This document shows positions 1 to 14,704 of a DNA stretch of 64,000 nt, piece after piece. A program made the translations under genes and the position numbers. Below the pieces are notes generated by a model that was given only the letters and a program-made list of their open reading frames with translations, ran no database searches and was not told the DNA's origin. This DNA comes from Chrysomallon squamiferum. Its lineage: Eukaryota > Animalia > Mollusca. The stretch covers positions 35,402,001 to 35,466,000 of the forward strand of contig CM022670.1 of the NCBI GenBank assembly GCA_012295275.1. The letters are read 5' to 3'. How positions within the stretch are numbered: position 1 is the stretch's first letter; each line of letters opens with the position of its first letter.

Positions 1-1852
1 GGTAGTATTATTTATTTATTTATTTATTTTCAAATTGTCTAAAAGTTTATACCCCACCATCATATTATTATATAAATGTCAGATGAATAACCAACTATGA
101 AAACGAAAATAAACGAATTAAAATTTTAAAAAAATAAAGAAAATTGCTAAAATAGGTTAACTTGTTCTACCTACTATTACTACTTCATCATTGTTCTAAA
201 CATTTCAAGATAAACTGTACATTATTAATCATAAAATATAAAAAAATTTTTTGTGCCTTTTCAGCTGCAGCATTTTCGCGATGTTTTACGACATCGATGA
301 AGATGTCTGCAATCCAGACAGTAAATACTGTTAACCGATATAACGCAACCGTCCAAAGTGTGTAGAAATTTCATGGGGATATTAACTGTACCGATTTCCG
401 ACGTAAAATACGAATAAAAAGAAATCACGAAATTATCTCTTATACTTGCTGATGATTCGTTGTGGAAATATGCAGAGATCGCAACCGACTCGTACAATTA
501 TTTGTACAAAGTCGTTTGTAAGAGTGTTATAGCTGAAGAAAGTGTTATCACTTTATTTACAAACCGATGAGGAAGATTTAGGTCAGAAGAAGAAGAAGAA
601 AAAAGTAGTTGACACTCGATTTGTAAATCGTTTACGTGCATAAAAGGTACAAGATGGTATTATTACGTTTTGTTCAACGTCTTTCTTTTATTCAAATGTT
701 AAAACAGAAGATGGTGTTGCCATTTTAGGTAAAAAAGCATCTTATGAAAATCTTAGGGTAAAAGATAATATTACTATTATTTAGAAACTAGAAAATTTTA
801 CTATTGAAAAACCGCTTTTTAATTTAATTTAATTTAATTTTATTTGTAACGTGAGATGTTGTTTGTTGTAGAATTTTCAGATTTATATGTTGACAATAGA
901 AATTCTTTCAAAACATTATTTTCTGTTGATTTTTGCAACAGTTTCATCATTTTTTCTTTTTCTTTCTTTTATTTATTTATTTACTTCTTCTTCCTTTTTA
1001 CGTTCTAAGCAGTAATTATAAAGTTATTGTTAGCAAATCACAGTACAAAATCTTTTCACGCCAGATTTACTTCTGTTCTCTTTCAACTCTTTGAATTACA
1101 TGCAAAGCAATTTGCGACGCAATACTTCTGTACTGATTTGACCCTTCTTCATCATCCCCTCTGCTTTTCTTTTTCTTTTTGTTTTTTGCTTTTGTTTTTC
1201 AATTGTTTTAAACTGCAAAATAAAAACAAAGACAAAAATCACTATAACGTAACAAACGGTCATGTTTTGTTTTAAGTGTGTCCTTGGCAGCTCTAATTGT
1301 AGTACGACACCAAAAAACGTCGTCTTCATTAAATGTACGTAAAGACCTTCGGGCATCTTTTCAGCCTTACCTCTTCAGTACTGCAACAACGTAAGCAACA
1401 ACGTAGCAACGTACATTGGCTTTTATTAATGACGTTGTCGTATTTCAAGGCTAACAGCACCGACACTGGGCAGTAAGAAAAAAGCGATGCGACACAAAGG
1501 TAAACACGCCTTAAAAGTGCTCGGCATCACGTCATGACAGTCACTGACAGCATTCCTGGCGAATTAACGACATAACGTGCGAGCCGCGGGCGCAGGCTAC
1601 GTCTTTCTTCTTAATCTACGACTGCCACGGCACACTTGAAAGAAAAAAAAAAACGTATCATCTCAAACGACTGGTTTCATACAGTCATCATCCATATTCA
1701 TCGATTTGTGGCTTGATTCTTTAGAGTTGCGCCCTGGGGTATAAGGACAAGGTTTATGATTAATGCTGTCTTCTTCAATACTCTCCTCTCTTCTTCTTCT
1801 TCTTCTTCGTTTTATTGTAACTGTTAAACATCCGTAGCACTAGCGTTAATCA

Positions 1853-1895
<43 letters not shown>

Positions 1896-2888
1896 TGCAT
1901 GACCAATCTTGTTTTATCCAATATCAATTTTCTGAAGAAAGGCAAAAAAGAAGAAGAAGAAGAAGAAGAAAAAAATTTTCATTGTTTCGTTTCTTGGGCT
2001 CATCTTGGTATGTGTTATTTCAGCAGAGGATGTAGGATTTTTCAAGAACTGGAGACAATAGAGTATATCGCTTCTGTAATCCTCGCTATTGAAGACCGTG
2101 TTTCCTCGCCATGCACCTGAAGTCAGATCGATATTTCATCTATTTCTTTTGCTTGCAATAACGATTTCATTACGTTTGATAATAATTACAATTTTATTTC
2201 TATATCCTTGTCTCTCTGCCGTTGTTGTAGATGTTTCAAGTTATATACACAAACAGGTGCAGACAGAGTGCAGTGGGTTTTTTCAGTGATGCGGATGTTT
2301 GGTTGGGATGGGCACTAAGAAAATTCACATCCTACCATTTTTTATTTCTATTTTAAATGTTTTTTTTTAGCTCACGGATATTAATATTCTCTTTTTTTTT
2401 TCACCATCTTTAACTAAATGGTTTTTATCTTGAAAAATGTTCTATAATGGCGTAACTAATGAATATAACAACAGCAAGAACAAAAATAATAATATTAGCA
2501 AAACCAAACTTGCAGTGATGATATTGCTACCTACTACCACTACTACTAGTACTACTACTGCTGCTACTACTGCTACAGCTATTCCTACTAATAATGATTA
2601 TAAGAAGAAAAAGAAAATCAACAACAACAACAACAATAGTTAATAATAACAGCACAAACAGTAAGAGCTGTAAATATAATTAGGACAGTATTCGTTACAG
2701 TATTTAATTCTTTGAATCACTTAGTAGAAGCAGATGTTTATTACTTATACATTTAAAACTATTTAATAGAAAACCGAACGATTTCCAGGATCCCGGGTTC
2801 TGACATGTAAAGCCTCAATTAACCAAACACCTCTGTAAACCGAATGTTTCACCTAGTCCCAACCCTGACCGCTTTTTACAATATAGGT

Positions 2889-3166
2889 TGGATATTACAT
2901 TTGATTTCACTGGATATTACATTTGATTTCACTGGACATTACATTTGATTTCACTGGACATTACATTTGATTTCACTGGACATTACATTTGATTTCACTG
3001 GATATTACATTTGATTTCACTGGACATTATATTTGATTTCACTGGACATTACATTTGATTTCACTGGACATTATATTTGATTTCACTGGACATTACATTT
3101 GATTTCACTTGACTTTACATTTGATTTCACTGGACTTTACATTTGATTTCACTGGATATTACATTT
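2889..3166. repeat. 22-bp minisatellite (TGGAYATTACATTTGATTTCAC), about 12.6 copies
   Basis: Units start at 2889, 2911, 2933 ... 3153 with few substitutions. Confidence 0.95.
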
Positions 3167-3344
3167 TCAGAAAGATACAGTCCGTTTGGCCACTGTAACC
3201 GATTCTGTAAGATCTGAAATAGCAAATGTGCTGAAGCGAATGCGTTGATTATTATTTTTATGGATAACGTTACATGAAACACGTAATATTACGTGACGAA
3301 AAACAAATGAGATATGAAATTTTACATTTTATTTCGAGATAGAG

Positions 3345-3495
3345 TTTTAATTTTATTATTATTGTTATAGAGCTCTAATTTTATTATTATTGTTATTATT
3401 ATTATTCTCTCTATTATTATTATTATTATTCTCTCTATTATTGTTATTATTATTATTATTATTATTCTCTCTATTATTGTTATTATTATTATAAT

Positions 3496-3572
<77 letters not shown>
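3345..3572. repeat. Compound (TTA)n/(CT)n microsatellite with repeated junctions
   Basis: Three short ctctct seeds separated by (TTA)n runs, then a long (CT)n at about 3499-3572. Confidence 0.9.
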
Positions 3573-3578
<6 letters not shown>

Positions 3579-4373
3579 TTTTTATTATCAGACTAAACAT
3601 ACCAGTGATTTAATCGGAACAATTTCGTTACTGTTAATGACTAACTGCGGGCAAAGAGGCATATACAAAAATTACAGACAAACGGACGAGTTTTCTTTCA
3701 GCGGATAACACCTCCAGTCCTGTGTTGTTGTTGTTTTTCACATTCAGAGTACAAAACACATTTTGCCAGATGCTATCATCTTTTCTTCTTTTTTATTTTT
3801 TTTTTTTATTTTTTTATTAAAGAATTCAGGCTATTTGCTTTGCCAGGAACCACTGTTTTATCTTCGATAATAACCGAAATGAAAACCAAGGCAGGAAGAG
3901 TAGTAGTTCAGTGAATGTGTTACTAAAACGTCCACTGGTAATGAACGTATTTTGTCGCTTGCACGGTTCAGTCTATTCTGCGTTGCTGTCTCTTTACAAA
4001 TCGGTTGCAAAAACGTAAAGTTCTGGACGCGGAATAAAGGGTTAATTAATACGCATTATTGAGGTATGGTATTGAAATTGTCCATCCACTGCTTCGGTTG
4101 TACTCAGATGAATTGTTTTGACCTTCGGCATTTCCTGTTAAAGCAGAACGTATCTGGTTCAATGCTCAAGACAAATAATGAAGTTAAATAAAAACACGGA
4201 TGTCATTTATTATTTAAACCTGATTTTCGTTTTATTATTGTTATTATTTTTTATTATTTATTTATTATTTTCTCCTTATTATTAAGGTTTGTGTCTACAT
4301 ACTATTCTAAATATAATTGTTTTGCATATTGTACTCATGAAGCTTTATAAAAAGAAGAAATAAACTCAATTAG

Positions 4374-4376
<3 letters not shown>

Positions 4377-4456
<80 letters not shown>
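4377..4456. repeat. (AG)n microsatellite
   Basis: Pure dinucleotide run of about 80 bp. Confidence 0.95.
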
Positions 4457-4460
<4 letters not shown>

Positions 4461-4712
4461 ATGTGAATAATATTTGCCATAAAAACAGATTTCCTGTAAT
4501 GATATAATTAGACTAATAATATGCGTATTATTATGTTTGTACATGAGGTTGGGTTAAAATGTGCTCAGGAAATTAAAATCCAGTTATATTCCATATTACC
4601 ACACATAGTGAAAACTGGTTGTAAATCTTAAAATCTTTACAGCTAACAAATTTTGAAAGTATCTTATTGTTGTAGCCATTTCTAGTCTATTATAGTTATT
4701 TTTAGCAGTGTC

Positions 4713-4757
<45 letters not shown>

Positions 4758-5589
4758 ATAAAAAGAATTTCGAAATTTTTAAATGTCACAGCCAAAAATA
4801 ATTTTAAAAATGATAGTCTGAGGTGATTTATCTTGGGAACACAGATTATCCCACCACTAATCTATTTTTATTTTATATTATTTGAATATGGCTTAAATTT
4901 TAGATTTTATTAAAACTAGAATCTTTATTTTCGTTTAAAGTATATTTCGTAATAATTAAAATTATCGTGTGCATCTAGTTTTCAAGAACAATTGTATTTC
5001 CTATATTTATGCCTTTCATTTCTTAGAATACTTTAAAGGGAAATTGTAATAAAATAAGCCTTTTTTTTTTTTTTTTTAATCCTCCATTTTATCCATTTCT
5101 CTCTGTCCGTCCATCCATCCATCCATATTTCTATTCATCTGTCTTTGTCTTTTCACTCTGTGCCTTGTTTTTTTTTTTTTTTTTTATTGTTTTTTTTTTT
5201 AGTTTGATCTTCCAGGCATCTATTTATCTATCTTACTTTCTCTTTATCGACTGGTCTGTATCTGTTCATCGGTCTGTCTGTCAGTCTAGTCTGTCTGTCT
5301 GAATGTTTATTTGTTCGTTACCTTTCCTTGTCCCTTCACTACCAACACATCTCTGCCTAAGCGTGTTTAGGACTGTGCAGCGTTCAGAACACATCGCTAG
5401 CTTACTGGAGATATTTTAACATCGTCACCAGTGGAAGCCGATTACGTGGAAGGCAACCAGTACTGATTCACTCTTCTGACTTGACCTATATTCCGTATGT
5501 TTCTAAGAGATAGAGTATTTGGCTCGCTTACAATACTGCGACTTCGGCAACATACTCTTTGAGAGATCTTCTAGAGGCGGGAAAAGGGG

Positions 5590-5625
<36 letters not shown>

Positions 5626-5859
5626 AAGTAAAATTTGTCTCCGGAAATGCCTTCGCTGTAGCATTTAATCATGACTGAAAGCTATTTCTGTACGTCATTC
5701 GACTGTACAGCTAGATAAACTCCATTCAGAAAACAGATATTTTAAATGTCATACATTTTAAGATGCAGGCTTGTGTGCTTCAGTTAGAGAATGATAGATT
5801 TGTTCTGGGAGAAGAATGAAAAATGTGGTTTGTCTTTATATCTTTTTTTTATGTGTGAG

Positions 5860-6515
5860 AAACATATATATGTGTGTATTTATTTATGTAAGGGTGTGTA
5901 CGTATTATTTTTTAAATACTGAACGTATGTTATATATGTACGTATGTGCATAGATGTATGTGTGTATGTCTGCATATATGTGTATGTGTAAACATGCATG
6001 TATTTTACGTGTATGTATGTGTATGCAGATGTGCATATATATGTATTTTATATGTGTATATTAGGTGTATATATGTGTATTTTACGTGTATGTATATGTG
6101 TAAACATCCATGTATTTTACGTCTATGTATATTTTAGGTATATGTTTGTGTGCATACGTGTATGTTTGTGTATTTTATGTGTTATTTTGTGCATTTTAGG
6201 TGTATGTTTGTGTGTGTGTTCGTGTATGTTTGTGCATTTTACACGTGCATGTATGTGTAATATATACATGTATTGATGTATGTCTACGTGTATGTATGTG
6301 TGTATGTATAGGTGCATGTTTGTGTATTTTACGTGTATGTTTTGTATATTGTACATGTATGTATATGTGTATGTATACGTGTATGTATGTGTATTTTACG
6401 TGTATGTATGTTGTATTTTGCATGTATATGTGTATATATACGTGTATGTGTGTGCATTATATGTACATGAATGTGTATTTTATGTGTATGTATGTGTATT
6501 TTTCGTGTATCTACA
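5860..6515. repeat. Degenerate (TATG/TG)n low-complexity array with recurring GTATTTTACGTGTATGT motif
   Basis: Repeated tattttacgtgtatgt variants embedded in TG/TA-rich sequence. This explains ORFs 5946-6648. Confidence 0.85.
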
Positions 6516-7071
6516 GAATGTGTGTTGGTTATTTAAAGAAATTAATTATTACACTCGGAGTGTTACAAATGTCAGCTCGGATGATTTTTATGGGATGATT
6601 GATAGTTGCCAAATCATTCAGTCATCCATTTATTGCTGTCAGTGTTAATTAGGCATGGAGGCGTGGGCTGGTATGTAATGCTGAGTCACTCGTGTAAATT
6701 AACGGGGGGAAAAAAAGAAAGAAAAACACTTTTGTTCACTATCTGGATCACCGGGTCTGATGTGCAGTAATTTCATTAAGGAGCGAATGAAATAAATTCT
6801 CAGATGTCTGAAAGAAGAGAATGGTTTCAGAACATTTATTTGTTTGTTTGTTTGTTTGTCTCTGTGTGTGTGTGTTTGTGTGAGTGCGTGTGTGTGTGTG
6901 TGTGTGTGTGTGTTTGTGTGTGTTATGTTTTCTGGTTTTTCTTTCTCCTTGGTTTTCATCATCATTATTGCCATCTCCTTGTTTTATTCGATTCGTTTTT
7001 TTCTTTCTTCATAACATCACATTCATTTTATAATTAGTGTTCTTGTTTGTATTTATAATAATTATTGTTGT

Positions 7072-7113
<42 letters not shown>

Positions 7114-7803
7114 TATTATTATTATTATTATTATTATCGTAGTTTATAAATTTATAGTTTTCCTTCTTTCTTTTCGTTTTCGTTTTTATTTTAATTTGTT
7201 TTTCCATTTCTCTTTTCTTTTCCAATTTCGTTTTTCTTATTTAAAATTCCAAATTTGTATCTCTTTTTAAAAATATTCCTAATTACTTTTTCAACGTGAT
7301 TACTATGTGTATTTTGCATTTATGCATAATTTAAAAGGCATAATTTGAAAAAAGTACGCAGCCGACTTACACATTTGTTACGTCTGTTTCATAATTTATA
7401 TTTTATTAAAATCTAAATGCCACAGGGTCTTAAGCTAATATAATTTAAAACAGTAACATCGGAGATAATTCGAATCAGAACAGAATATTTAGACTTTACC
7501 AATAAATCGTACTTAGGTTTAAAATAAACAAAAATAACATTTTTCTGTAAGTATTTGAAATCATTTAATTCTATATTTCGGAGAAGTGAAATATAATTAA
7601 TAAATTAATATACAACAATTACCCGAATGTCGAACTTCATGTCTTTATCATAATAATTTCACATTTAAAAAAATATATATAATGAAATTACTGGTTGCAG
7701 AACAAGTCTAAGGTTCTTTTCTTGTTAGAACTACCATCAGATCTATTTTCAGTTGCCATTAACAATACAATACAATATATATGTATTCGTTTGGTTATAG
7801 GTA

Positions 7804-7837
<34 letters not shown>

Positions 7838-8160
7838 TGTTTTTTGTATGCATGCATGCATGCATGAATGTTTGTACGCATGTATGTATGTTTGTATGTA
7901 TGTATGTATTTATGTAAGTGTGTGTGTATGTATGTGTCTATTTAATATTCTCTGAAACATCTAATATTTACTGAAGGAGAAAATACTTTGAACTATCTAA
8001 ATTTAAAAGCTAGATAATCAACTGTTATGACGACAACCGTGTAACTATGCAGTGCGCCTCGTCAATACACACTGACACTGACTGCATGGTTGACTGCGCT
8101 CAAACACTGCCTAAGTAAATCTTCTCCAATATCCTGACTACAAGGGATTGAAAGATTTAT

Positions 8161-8279
<119 letters not shown>

Positions 8280-8296
8280 TATAGAGTGAGTATACG

Positions 8297-8329
<33 letters not shown>

Positions 8330-8334
8330 TTGTT

Positions 8335-8525
<191 letters not shown>

Positions 8526-9150
8526 TTTTAAATCAGTATTTACATGCGTAAGGTGATAAACTCGGTGTTAACGAAGTCCTTGGACTGACTAACACGCTGG
8601 CAAGTTGAGCTGAAGTTAAAAGAACATATTGTTCATCATAGTTTTCATTCAAACAAAAAAACGAACAGATATTTAAAACATATATTTCAGTTTGGCACAA
8701 AGGAATATTAACCGATAAACTTTCAACAGGTAACATATAACCGATAGACAACAAATAATATATGTATCTTCTTCACTGGAATGATAACGTTTTGTTGCTG
8801 GGATTTTTCAAAGCGTCTCATAATATTATATGGAGCATTTGTTATAAAAATGGAATGAAGGAATTTGGAGTTTTTTTCTTTTTTTATAAAACAGTACGTA
8901 ATTCAGCTGTTTAGTACTGTTTCTTTTCTATTTTGTTGCTTTTGTAAAGCTGAACAAAAACTTAAGTTCTCTGTATATTAAAACAAGATGAACTAGGTAA
9001 ATTAGCAAGTCTCCTGTATTTAATTTTCAGCATAACTGATTTATATGTGTCAAAACAAACAAATAAATAAAATTAAATACAAATTTAAAATACTGTTATA
9101 GTTTCTGTTCGTCGTTTTTATGTGTGTAAGTATATATTGTAAATATCTAA

Positions 9151-9181
<31 letters not shown>

Positions 9182-9864
9182 TGTTTTGCGTGTATCTCTA
9201 TGAATGTATATATGAGTGTATGTGAGTATTTGTATGTGCGAAAGCATATATATAGAGAGAGAGACAGTTGTAAATGCATTTAAATATATCGGTATGTAAA
9301 TATCTATGGAGATAAATCTTTAAATCAGTGAACGCGATGAAGCACACATCATATAATCTATATATATATCTTTCATACTTGTGAAGTCCGCTGAATCATT
9401 CAGACATAATGATGATATACGACGTATATTTACACAGCCGATCGGCTCGTAAGTTTGATAATTTGCCCTGATTAACAAAGATGTACGCACGTTGGCAACA
9501 CTTCCTGTATTTTGCTGTCACTGTGCAGGTTCAGCCGAGGTTTGGCTAATAATACAGCGGGAATTATTCAACTCGTCTTAGAGTCCGCTTGTCGACAGCA
9601 AATCGATTGTTTTCAAACTAACAAGAAACTCATACACAATTACAGTTCCTATGAATATTCATCAGTTTGCTTTCAACACGTATCAGTCTTATTGGCCGCG
9701 GCACCAGATTAATTTGTTGATCGTTTATTTATTTACTACCCCAACAACATCGTCCACGACGACACGACGACTAGTGTTACTGTTACTTTTTACTACTCTT
9801 ACCTTTCGAATTTCTACCAGTGTTGCTGTTAGTACTAAGAGTACTGTTAGACTTATTACAACTC

Positions 9865-11086
9865 TTCTACTATTACTATACTACTATTACTGTACTACTA
9901 TCACTGTACTACTATCACTGTACTACTATCACTATACTTCTATCACTGTATTACTATCACTGCACTACTATCACTGCACTACTATCACTGTACTACTATC
10001 ACTATACTTCTATCACTGTATTACTATCACTGTACTACTATCACTGTACTACTATCACTGTACTACTATCACTGTACTACTATCACTATACTACTATCGC
10101 TATACTACTATCACTATACTACTATCACTGTACTACTATCACTGTACTACTATCACTGTACTACTATCACTATACTACTATCACTATACTATCACTATAC
10201 TACTATCACTGTACTACTATCACTGCACTACTATTACTATACTATCACTGTACTACTATCACTATACTACTATCACTGTACTACTATCACTGCACTACTA
10301 TCACTGTACTACTATCACTACACTACTATCACTGTACTACTATCACTATACTACTATCACTGTATTACTATCACTGCACTACTATCACTGTACTACTATC
10401 ACTGCACTACTATCACTGTACTACTATCACTATACTACTATTACTACACTACTATCACTGTACTACTATCACTGCACTACTATCACTACTACTATCACTG
10501 CACTACTATCACTATACTACTATCACTATACTACTATTACTACACTACTATTACTACACTACTATCACTGTATTACTATCACTACACTACTATCACTGTA
10601 CTACTATCACTATACTTCTATCACTATACTACTATCACTATACTTCTAACACTGTACTACTATCACTATACTACTATCACTGTATTACTATCACCGTACT
10701 ACTATCACTGTACTACTATCACTATACTACTATCGCTATACTACTATCACTATACTACTATCGCTATACTACTATCACTGTACTACTATCACTATACTAC
10801 TATCACTGTACTACTATCACTATACTACTATCACTAGTACTATCGCTATACTACTATCACTATACTACTATCGCTATACTACTATCACTGTACTACTATC
10901 ACTGTACTACTATCACTATACTACTATCACTGTACTACTATCGATATACTACTATCACTATACTACTATCACTGTACTACTATCGCTATACTACTATCAC
11001 TATACTACTATCACTGTACTACTATCGATATACTACTATCACTATACTACTATCACTGTACTACTATCGCTATACTACTATCACTA
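9865..11086. repeat. 14-bp minisatellite (TACTACTATCACTR), roughly 85 copies
   Basis: Direct reading of the units; the translation repeats every 14 aa (3 units = 42 nt). Followed by cryptic (ACT)n to about 11400. Confidence 0.95.
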
Positions 11087-11696
11087 AGGCTGATACCAAT
11101 ACTGTTAGTACTAACACGTCTGTTGCTGTTGCTGCTGCCGTCGCTAATATTACCACATGTACTATATCTACTTCTACTATTACTATCACTACTACTGCTT
11201 TTACTATTACTACTTTTGTTATTACTATTCATGTTGCTATTTATACTAATAATACTACTACCATTGCTACTACTTTGACTACTACTATTACTATTACTAC
11301 TTTTGCTACTACTACGATTACTACGACTACTACTATTACTACTATTACTACTAGTGCTACAGCTAATATTACTAGTACTAATGTTATAATATTAATTCTG
11401 TAGTATTAACGATAAAATTATAATCTAAATTTAAAATAAATAAATAAATAAATAAATAAACATATTCCAATAATTACAACTAATAATAAATAAATAAATA
11501 AAACATACACTCTTTGAAACATGCCTAGCTCTATTTCTTATAATCGTAATTACTTGTTGGAAAATAGGTGTTAAACGAAAATAGGTAATTTTCAATTCGG
11601 CTAATACCAGCTATTAATGAGAAAATAATAAGTTACAAACAAACGAAACATCATTATATAGATAGCAAAATTAATGAGTAAATCCACTTGTCTCAA

Positions 11697-11746
<50 letters not shown>

Positions 11747-12081
11747 CAGAGGTATTCGAAGGTTAAAATCACAGTGGGATCTAATTTACAACAGATGGCT
11801 GCATTTTTTCTTTTAGTTAACATTATTCTGACATCGTGATATTTGTTTAATATGTTATAAATGTTAATTTTGTTGTTATTGGGGCTTTTTTTTTTTGTGT
11901 TTTTTTATCTTATTATATTAAATGACAGAAGTCTAGAAAATGCACAGGTGGCTTTGTCTATTAATAGTTTTTGTTTATTTGTTTTTTGGGTTTTTTTGTT
12001 TTGTTTTGTTGTTGTGGTGGTTGTTTTGTTGTTGTTTTTTTCGTACTCTCTTCGAAGAAGTGTTTTTACTATGAACATTAA

Positions 12082-12117
<36 letters not shown>

Positions 12118-12701
12118 AATCAAATTCCTAAGCGTACATTAATTGTTACAGAAGGGAGATAATAAGAACACTTTTACCCAAAAATTTAATGATTAACTGA
12201 AAATAAATTTTTAATTTAAGATATTTTGCATTTTTTTAAATATATATATATATATATACCTCTTTTTTTTCTTTTTTTCTTTGTTTTCGTTAAACTACCA
12301 TTCATAATCATAGCTTAAAGCGCGGTCTTAGCCAAATCGCTTCAACTAATTCAGTGAGAAAGACACGTGAAGTTCAGATTTAACTGCTAAATCGATTTAA
12401 TTAAAGCGATTTAAGTAAACCGCTTCTAATAGTCTCTCTCTGTCTTAACGGCTATAATTGCAGCGGCCCAGTTTCCCAAGCATGAACACCTAAACCGGGT
12501 TTGGTTACATCACAGCCTGATAGGTTTCACCTGCACGTGTTTGCGCGTATCTTGCTTAAAAGAAAACCTCGGTGAGCCAGGTGAATTATAATATGATAAC
12601 GCGAGCGGTTTGTTTCCAGTACACAACGTGCTTAACTTAAATTGTTTAACCAAAACGTTTTACGTTGTGCAGGTGTGTGCTTATTTATTTAATTCATTCA
12701 T

Positions 12702-12732
<31 letters not shown>

Positions 12733-13033
12733 TTTTTTATTTATTTATTTTTATTTATTTATTTATTTTATTTATTTATTTATTAATTTATATTCATTTA
12801 TTTATTTAATTCATTTATTTATTTATTTATTTATTTACTTATTTATTTATTTAGTTAGTTAGTTAGTTTTATTCTTATGCTTTTACTCTGCTTATCAAAC
12901 TTCTTATTCTTATTGTTGTTATTATTTATTTATTTATTTCTGTATTTATTTATTTATTTACATCGTTAGTTAGTTTGTTATTTACCCTGCTTAACTAACT
13001 TCTTAGTATTCTTTTATTTATTTACTTGTTTTT

Positions 13034-13085
<52 letters not shown>

Positions 13086-13545
13086 TTATTTATCTTATTT
13101 ATTTATTTAAATTTTATTTATTTCATTTATCTGGCTTTATATAAAAACAAAAATTTCAAAGTGTAAATGAAAACGTACGTTTATGTCAAAGGTTCGCTGA
13201 AACCACGGCCAGCGGTAATTTTTCTAGGTTAATGGTTATGAAGCAGGTATAGTACAACGGACGTTGACACAAAAAATCATGTGAAAAATAGCTTTACAGC
13301 AGAACTGGCTTTAGTTCAGATATGCCAACGCTTATTGATCGGGGCTTCACATCAAGTAAGGTTCATCTGTAATCTTAAGATCCCTAACATGATCAGGAAT
13401 GGGAGAGGAAAAAATCCTTGTATCCATAAAGATATCTTTTAATGGTTTTTTTGTTGTTGATTTTTTAATTATCTTTTTGATGTGCAAAAGCATTCAGATG
13501 AGCACTAATTGATTGCAGGTAATTGCTAAGGTATTGTCATTATTG

Positions 13546-13603
<58 letters not shown>

Positions 13604-14576
13604 TGATGGTACCATTAGCAGTAACAATAACAGTAGTAACAGAAGTAATCATAGTAATAGCAATAGTAGTGATAGAGGTAGATGTAGTAGTAATAATAAT
13701 ACTGGTAGAGATAGTAATCATAGTAGTAGAAATAATAGCAGCAGTAGTAGTAATAGTAGTAATAGTAGTAGTAGTAGTAGAAGTAGCAATAAATTTTGTT
13801 TTATCCTAGCGTTGATAATAGTATAATCATAAGAATCATTATGATTGTTTGTTTCATCCTAAGCGTTACCAAACCACCATCATTATTATTGTTGTAACTG
13901 CTGCTACTAATAACAATACTAATGCTAAATAATTTTTTTATTAAAACTGATAGAGTCATGTTGAACTGTTTTTTTCTTTAACGTTTTACGATCTACCGCT
14001 ATTATTATTACTATTATTACCATTACCACGATCATTAAACTATTACCGTTATTACTACCATCCGTTATAACTTGTAAAGATCTAACTTAGTAAAAAGATC
14101 AGGGTTAACGAACGTCATGTCATGTAACTGTCAAGAAGACACCATACGTTTACAAAGCAAACAAACAAACAAATAAAGAAAGAAAGAAACAAACAAACAA
14201 AAGCAGGAGAAAGTCTTTGGGTGTCCCTTTCACCTCTTGGTCCCGCGTCCATCACGCAGACTTCAGACCGCAGAGACGTAATCTCGATCTTCCCGTTTCA
14301 TGATGGTTGATTTCTGAACGGCTGTCCGCGGACTGCAGGCGTCTGTTGTTTATGGCACCAAACAGACAGTGTAATCCGCTGGAGCAGAATTGAATGACGG
14401 ACAACCAAATGGCATTAGAGATTCAATAATTTCTGCAATAATTCGTTTACGTTTCCTTCACGTTGTGATCGCGATTCACGAGGCTTTTTTTTTGTTTTTC
14501 CCGCATGCGGAAACTGGTTTTCGTGGCTCGGCATAATCTCGATCAGCAAGCTTTGATTTACCCAGCGTCGCTCTCC

Positions 14577-14704
14577 TATAAAACACCCAGCATTTGTGTC
14601 TGCCCTGTCAGCCGTGCGCCCCTTTTGTCCTTCGTCATTTCCTCCGAACAGAAATCTGTGTGTATCCAACAAATAGATTCGTTCTGTTTTTATTCAATCT
14701 GAAG
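14577..14704 (+). promoter_or_regulatory. Candidate TATA promoter with non-coding first exon (about 14610-14704)
   Basis: Lies in a CpG-rich block (about 14230-14890). TATAAAA at 14577-14583, Inr-like TCAGCC with A at 14610, an ATG-free stretch of about 95 nt, then a donor-like AAG|GTATCG (GT at 14705). Splicing to 32195 would give AAG-ATG (A at -3). Confidence 0.35.

Noticed and set aside
4717-4754. Poly-A runs (also about 5596, 35814, 51600, 62045) as retroposon tails
   Set aside because: No target-site duplications or shared upstream SINE/LINE body could be seen, and mononucleotide runs are ubiquitous here.
9651-11403. Long ORFs of 332 and 527 aa (YYYHCTTITVLLSL repeats)
   Set aside because: They are translations of the 14-bp minisatellite; the same peptide appears in every frame and there is no supporting gene structure.
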